In this document: positions 58,464 through 64,000 of the stretch, piece by piece
How the letters are laid out: each line of letters starts with the position of its first letter
Numbering within the stretch: position 1 is the stretch's first letter
Virus record (IMG/VR): IMGVR_UViG_3300031539_000008
Location: 38,605 to 102,604 of that record
From: a virus
Length of the DNA: 64,000 bases
Reading direction: 5' to 3' (one strand)
The notes under the pieces: model-generated
Told to the model about the DNA's origin: nothing
Database searches by the model: none
Seen by the model: only the letters and a program-made list of their open reading frames with translations
Program-made: the position numbers and the translations under genes

Positions 58464-59285
58464 ATGACCAAGAGCACGCAAACCAATGGCGGCGCTGTCG
58501 CGCGCCGGAATCCCACCCAAGAAAAGGTTGCCCACGTCCGCGATCTTCTCAACCGAGCCAAGGGTCAAATCGAAATGGCCCTACCGCGTTGGATGGATGC
58601 GGACCGATTCGCCCGCATCACCATGACCAGCGTGCAGCTCAACCCAAAGTTGTTGGATTGTGATGCGGTGAGCCTGGTCAGCGCGGTAATGCAGTGCGCG
58701 CAGCTCGGACTTGAGCCCGACAACGTGCTCGGCCACGCCTACCTCGTGCCATTCAAGAACAAGGTGCAGATCATCGTGGGATACCGCGGAATCATGCGCC
58801 TAGCTCGCAACAGCGACCAGATCGAGAGCATCGAAGCCAGGGCCGTCTACGAGGAGGACGCATTCGACTTCGCGTATGGCGACAACAAGGTTCGGAACCT
58901 GCGTCACAAGCCAGCGGAGAACGCAAACGTCGGAAAGCTGCGAGCCGCGTACGCCATCGCACGCTTCAAGGGTGGCGGCGAGGTCTGGGAGGTGATCTTG
59001 CCGCGCGATGTGGCCAAGGCCAAGCGCGCTTCTCGCTCGTCCTCTCGCAGTGACAGCCCATGGAAGCTGTATGAGGAGCAGATGTGGCGCAAGACTGCGG
59101 TGCGACGGCTGGAGCCGTTCCTTCCGCTGGACGCCAATGCCCGCCGTGCCTTCGCCATCGACGAGGCTGGCGAACGAGGAGAGCTTCAGTACCTGGAGAT
59201 GTCGCTCCCAGAGTCGTCGGTCGACGGCGATGACGAGGACGATCTGACAAGGCTCGCTCGGGAGGCAGAGGAAAGTGCGCACTGA
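58464..59285 (+). CDS. recT: RecT-family single-strand annealing protein
   Basis: CAQLGLEPDNVLGHAYLVPF, IVGYRGIMRLARNS, EQMWRKTAVRRL. Confidence 0.93.
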   Translation: MTKSTQTNGGAVARRNPTQEKVAHVRDLLNRAKGQIEMALPRWMDADRFARITMTSVQLNPKLLDCDAVSLVSAVMQCAQLGLEPDNVLGHAYLVPFKNKVQIIVGYRGIMRLARNSDQIESIEARAVYEEDAFDFAYGDNKVRNLRHKPAENANVGKLRAAYAIARFKGGGEVWEVILPRDVAKAKRASRSSSRSDSPWKLYEEQMWRKTAVRRLEPFLPLDANARRAFAIDEAGERGELQYLEMSLPESSVDGDDEDDLTRLAREAEESAH

Positions 59286-59375
59286 TGCCGCTGTTACCGG
59301 CACCGTCACTCATGGGCGTCTAAGTGGCAGGATAGAGCGAATGGCAAAGACGAAGAAGCAAAGGACACGGAACGC

Positions 59376-60614
59376 ATGAGGGGTATCGACACTGCCAAAG
59401 TAATCGCCATCACGTGCCCGTACTGCAAGGCGCCGCCGGGCGTGCTCTGCACGACCAAGAACGGTGGGCGTTACACGGGAGACTTCCACACTCATCGCAA
59501 GGGCGTGATACATCCGCGCTTCATGCTCGACCATCGCGGGCGACCAAAGCGTGGGGTGCGCCGCCTGGTCGGAGAGGGCGGCGTCCGAGAGCTACAGGAG
59601 GACGCAAATGACGCGACCAACCTGCCCTGAGTGCGGCGCCGTAGACCCCGAGGACCAGGAGCACGATGTGTGTAGGTCTACGATGGCGCTCCGTGAGCGC
59701 GCCAACATCCTCCAGATCCAGGCGCAGGAGGCCGTAAGCGAGCGCAACCATCAGGCCTACGCCATCGAGCGGCAGACCGAGCTGCGCCGCCAGGCAGAAT
59801 CCAAGTGCGATCAGCTCCGTAGGCAGCTCCAGGAGGAGCATGAGAAGAACCTCGCGCTCATGGACAACATGGCCGATATGATGGTCGTGGCGCGCGCGGG
59901 CGAAATGGCCATCGGGCAGACGGTCATGGAGGCCGTGGGGGACGGCCAACGCCGCTCGATTATCGGCTGCGCTAAAATCTGTGCGGAACTGGCAGAGGAG
60001 CCACACCGCACGGGCGCCATCGCGCAGGCTCTAAAAGCAGCCGAGCGAGAAATACTGGCCCTGCTCACAGTTCGGAAGGAAGAATGAACAAATGGACAAA
60101 CTGACCAAGGCATCCGCAGCGATCTCGCTGCTTGTTGCGCTGCTCGGACTTGCAGCGTTTTTTCTCTTCATAGGCGATGCCAAGGGCGCGCCACAGGAAG
60201 CCTCGCTTGCCGCGATGATCCTGTGCGCCGTGATTCCTCCTTACATCGTCACCCGCTGCCTTGCGCTGATTGCCGGTGGTCCAGGTGCCGCAGACTGACT
60301 GCCTAGACTGCCTAGACTGCCTAGAGATCACGCGCTCACAGCGTGAGTGCATCAACTGCGGTGGTCCCGTGCGTGAGGCCATCGTCCGTCTCCCTGGCGC
60401 TCCTGGTGGCGAGGGGAACGCGGGCGAAGGGCCTCACCACGGGTGGAGCTGCGATCGGTGCCATGCGCTCTGGGATGGCGGTCGCCGCTACGGCTATGCC
60501 TGCCCCGAGCACGGTGGCCACGAGCCCTACGGCAAGCCTACCAGGGCCACCATCGAGCCTGGCACGCCAATGGGCGAGTACGAAGGATGCAACGCAGGCG
60601 GTGACAGCGAATGA
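59376..60614 (+). other. Small ORFs (Zn finger, coiled coil, 2-TM protein)
   Basis: 59376-59630, 59608-60087, 60092-60298, 60285-60614. Confidence 0.6.
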
Positions 60615-61117
60615 CTGGACGCGGATCAGTGAACAAAGGCAAGAAGGCGGAGCGCGCGGTCGCTCGCGCCTTCCGTGGCGCGGGCTTTGACGCCCAACGC
60701 AACATCCAGACGCGCGGACCAGACGCTCCCGATGTCATCTCGTCCTGTTTCTGGAACGAGGTCAAGGACCGCAAGTCAGTCTCGTGCCGATCCGCGTGGG
60801 AGCAGGCGCAACGCGAAGCGCCAGATTCACTGATTCCCGTCGCCATCACGCACATGCCACGGCGCGACTGGCTCGTTACGATTCGGTTGGAAGATTGGCT
60901 GGCTATTTTGTCAGGCATGCAGCAGAATGTCGTAGCGCTGGATTCAGCCAGGGCACACGTGTGGAGGCAGGGCCATGTCGGCACCCACACGCAGGACCGT
61001 TGGGATGCCTACGTCTGGTGGCAGACGTGGGGAGACGGCGGAGAGATTCATCCAACGCCCAAAAACCCGGACGAGGAGAAGGAAGATGCAAGCAAACGAA
61101 GACCGCGGAATCCCTGA
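60611..61117 (+). CDS. PD-(D/E)XK Holliday junction resolvase-like nuclease
   Basis: KGKKAERAVA...PDV...EVK. Confidence 0.78.
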   Translation: MTGRGSVNKGKKAERAVARAFRGAGFDAQRNIQTRGPDAPDVISSCFWNEVKDRKSVSCRSAWEQAQREAPDSLIPVAITHMPRRDWLVTIRLEDWLAILSGMQQNVVALDSARAHVWRQGHVGTHTQDRWDAYVWWQTWGDGGEIHPTPKNPDEEKEDASKRRPRNP

Positions 61118-61380
61118 GCAGGTGCGCATGTTCGGCTACGCCATGCTGCTCGTCCACAAGGAGAAGCTGGAGTACCTGCTGAACAGGTTTCGCTCGGACG
61201 GCATGAACACGCGCCTGATCGACAACGCCTACAAGTACCTGGAGATGCTGTGCGAGGACGGACCCGACGACGCTGCCTTCGCAGACTGGTGCCGAGAGGC
61301 GATGGAACTGGGCAGCTCCATGCTGGACGAGAAGGCTTCCGCGAAACCGTCCCTGCGCGTCATCGACGGAGGGAGGGGCG

Positions 61381-61695
61381 ATGGCTAAGCCAGGCTACGG
61401 TCTGTCAGGCTACCGCTACACCGACAAGGACAAGGAGCGCTGGAAGAAATGGTTTGAGCAAGATGGCCTGACGATCACCGAGATCTGCAACCGCACGGGC
61501 GCGAGTCGTCACACGGTGATGCGCTGGCTCAAGAAAGCGGGGGCGAAGTTCCGCGGAAATCCACGGACATTCGACCGCAAGGTAATCCTGCGTGACATCC
61601 AGGAGGGAAAGCTGACCCAATCAGCCATAGCGAAGAAGCACGGGTGCAGTCAGCGACTCGTGAGTGACATCGCCAACGGAAAGGCACTTCCATGA
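61381..61695 (+). CDS. Double-HTH DNA-binding protein
   Basis: LTITEICNRTGASRHTVMRWL; LTQSAIAKKHGCSQRLVSDI. Confidence 0.82.
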   Translation: MAKPGYGLSGYRYTDKDKERWKKWFEQDGLTITEICNRTGASRHTVMRWLKKAGAKFRGNPRTFDRKVILRDIQEGKLTQSAIAKKHGCSQRLVSDIANGKALP

Positions 61696-63829
61696 ACAGC
61701 TTTGAGGAATGGTGGGTTGATACCGCAGGCAAGCCGCCATCGACCGATGACGAGAGGGCAGCATTCCGCCTCACGTACTTGGCATGGCGAGCGGCGTTGA
61801 CCTTCGGCGCGTGGGACATTCCGGCGCCAGTTGTCGATTCAGCTCTCAAGCGCGTAGGCACAGGGACATCGACGTACGATGACGAGCTGCTTCTGCGCAG
61901 ACGCATCATCGTCGGGGACGAGGTGGCGTCCATGCTCACGCTGGAGCTAGACTCCTTCCAAGACGTGCGTGACCGCCTCGCTACTCAGGCGGAGCAAGAA
62001 TCCTCCTACATGCCCGAAGGCGCCACTCCGATGGGTGGCAGTCGCTGGCGCTGCTCACGTTGCAACTTCATCGGCGGCCTCAAACGCGTGGAGACCATCT
62101 GCCGAGGCTGCGGCTACCCCGGAGACGACACACGGACCTGGCTCAACGATGGCCAAGAAGAACAGTGAGTCCCGCATCGCCCTCCCAAACGGAGAGGTGC
62201 TTGAGATCCACGACGAACTCATCACGCAGGCCCTGGTTGGCCTGGCCGGAGAGCGTGACGATGCCGTTCAAGTCGTCTACGATCTGATGAACAACAACAA
62301 CGAGAAATCTCGCGCAACAGCGCGGGCGTTCCTCAAATTCCACGGGAGAAGATGATGGGAGACTTCAGCGAATACGTGAAAAAATCCGCCGCGAAGGGAA
62401 ATGGACAGCCCAAGGCCATCCAGATCGGCTCCACGCACTACAACCTGGCAGAAATCTCGTTCTACATGAACCAGACGCCGAAGGAGATCTTGACGGCGGT
62501 GTGCCAGAACATCGTCCAGGTACTCCAGCAGCAGGGCGATTACGCCGGCGCGCAGGCTATGATCAAGAACCCGCAGCCGTTCGCCGGGAGCCCACAGGCG
62601 ATGGCCGTATTCATGGCGGCCAGCCTGGAGATCGAGAAGGCCAACGATCGCATCGAGACGCTGACCAGCATTGTGCGAGAGCTGGCCGGCGCGGCCAATC
62701 TTTCCACGATCGCGCGCCTGAAGCTCGACGCACTGGGCGTGGAGGAGTCCGATGCCGAGTAACAAGATTCTGCACGGCCCCTACGGCGACGCCTGGGCCT
62801 ACTTCGTGGAGATGCCCAACTTCCAATTCTCTGGTGGCTGGCACCGCGCGGAGAACGAGGCGGAGGCCCTGGAGAAGGGCAAGCTGGAGCTGGCGCGTTG
62901 GAACCAGGATCTGGATGCGCCAGTAGACCGGGTGGAGGTTCCGGTGCGCGCGCCACGAATCGGGTCCACCAGCGGACGCGACGCGTCAGGCCACCTGACC
63001 GACGGCGAGTACGTCGAGCGCCTGTACTACGGCGGAGACGAATGCGCCCGCATTGAGTTCTCCGGCGCGTGCCCTGTCCAGGGAGTTGGGACGGTTGACG
63101 GGAGGCAGGTGTACTACCGTGCGCGCGGTAGTGGCTGGAGCCTGTCCGTGGAGCTGAGTGATGAGGAGGAGTGGACGTACACCGAGGCGCCGTATGCCTG
63201 GCCAGATGGCGGATGGCTGCATCGAGACGAATCCATGGCCAACATCAAGAAGGCGGTCGCCGCCTTTCGCACGAGAATGGGAGCGAAGTAGATGGCTGAC
63301 TACGACGCGCAGTGCAACTGCGACCAGGCACTCGCGCTATGTGGACTTTTGGCCGAGGCGCGCGAGCTGATCGCGGAGCACATCTCAATTAACGATGGAA
63401 TCGAGTGGATGGAGCGACTCCATCGTTCACGGGACTTCGTGGATCCGGAGCCGCCACGCTAACGAGGGCTGATATGGATCTGATTATTTTCTGCCTCCTC
63501 TTCCCGCTCATGGCGTGGGATGCCATCAACGACGTGAACTACACGTGGTGGCGCAAGTGGCTCGGAGAGGAACCGGAGAGAAGCTGATGCGTGACGCCTT
63601 GATGATCCTGTTTGGCATCCTCGGCATGACGTTGCTCGTGGTCGGCATCCTCGGCATGACGTGCGCGGCAGAGGCATCTCCGAGGTGCTGTGACTACGAT
63701 GCGCAGGGCGTACGCGACCGCCTCACGATCGCATGGTCCCGCGCGTTTGCTGGAGAGCCACTCGGGGACCAGGATCTCCAGGCGTTTTCCGACGCCGACT
63801 CCATCCTCAAGTGCGTGGCTGGAAAATGA
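61692..63829 (+). other. Run of coupled hypothetical ORFs
   Basis: 61692-62168, 62149-62355, 62352-62762, 62752-63291 and shorter ORFs; ATGA-type overlaps. Confidence 0.6.
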
Positions 63830-64000
63830 GATCTGCACAGGAAATTCACAGCCTGTGGAGAACTCTCACGTTGACACGTGGCGGAAAGTAGCCAGGCTCG
63901 GCTCTATGGATCCAGTAGTCGGCGGACGCGTGAGGGCGTGGCACGAGGTCTACAAGGAGGCCGTGCGCCGCGACAACGCCGAGGTCCAGCGGCTCGATGC

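Noticed and set aside
60296-60325. 9-bp tandem GACTGCCTA as a phase-variation switch
   Set aside because: Unit length is a multiple of three (DCL repeats), so the frame is unaffected

Overview
The window looks like most of one GC-rich bacterial virus genome (no host housekeeping genes, integrase, terminase, portal or tail genes recognised), probably infecting Myxococcota. Layout: (i) 1.3-34.5 kb, a long minus-strand structural region with a candidate jelly-roll capsid pair, a transglutaminase-like Cys protease, about 12 N-terminally anchored membrane proteins, a collagen fibre with glycosyltransferase and methyltransferase, and about 25 Lys/Arg-rich proteins; (ii) 36-39 kb replication genes (DnaB, initiator with internal iterons, HNH); (iii) 39-55 kb small accessory genes and an AAA+ ATPase; (iv) a phased 17-bp repeat array at 55.1-55.3 kb; (v) a plus-strand YqaJ/RecT/resolvase operon. 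The best candidate for an undescribed system is a shared set of short peptide motifs on otherwise unrelated proteins: a C-terminal ILRKAMRGT-type tag, xNP motifs at domain boundaries and G[MVL]GA motifs after basic leaders. Together with the encoded protease and a chagasin-like inhibitor, this suggests virion cargo loading and proteolytic maturation. Also notable: a candidate viral selenoprotein (in-frame UGA plus SECIS-like hairpin), an anticodon-less tRNA mimic, duplicated leaders on variable Cys-rich peptides, and a sigma54-type promoter. All family calls come from motif recognition by eye; no searches were run.
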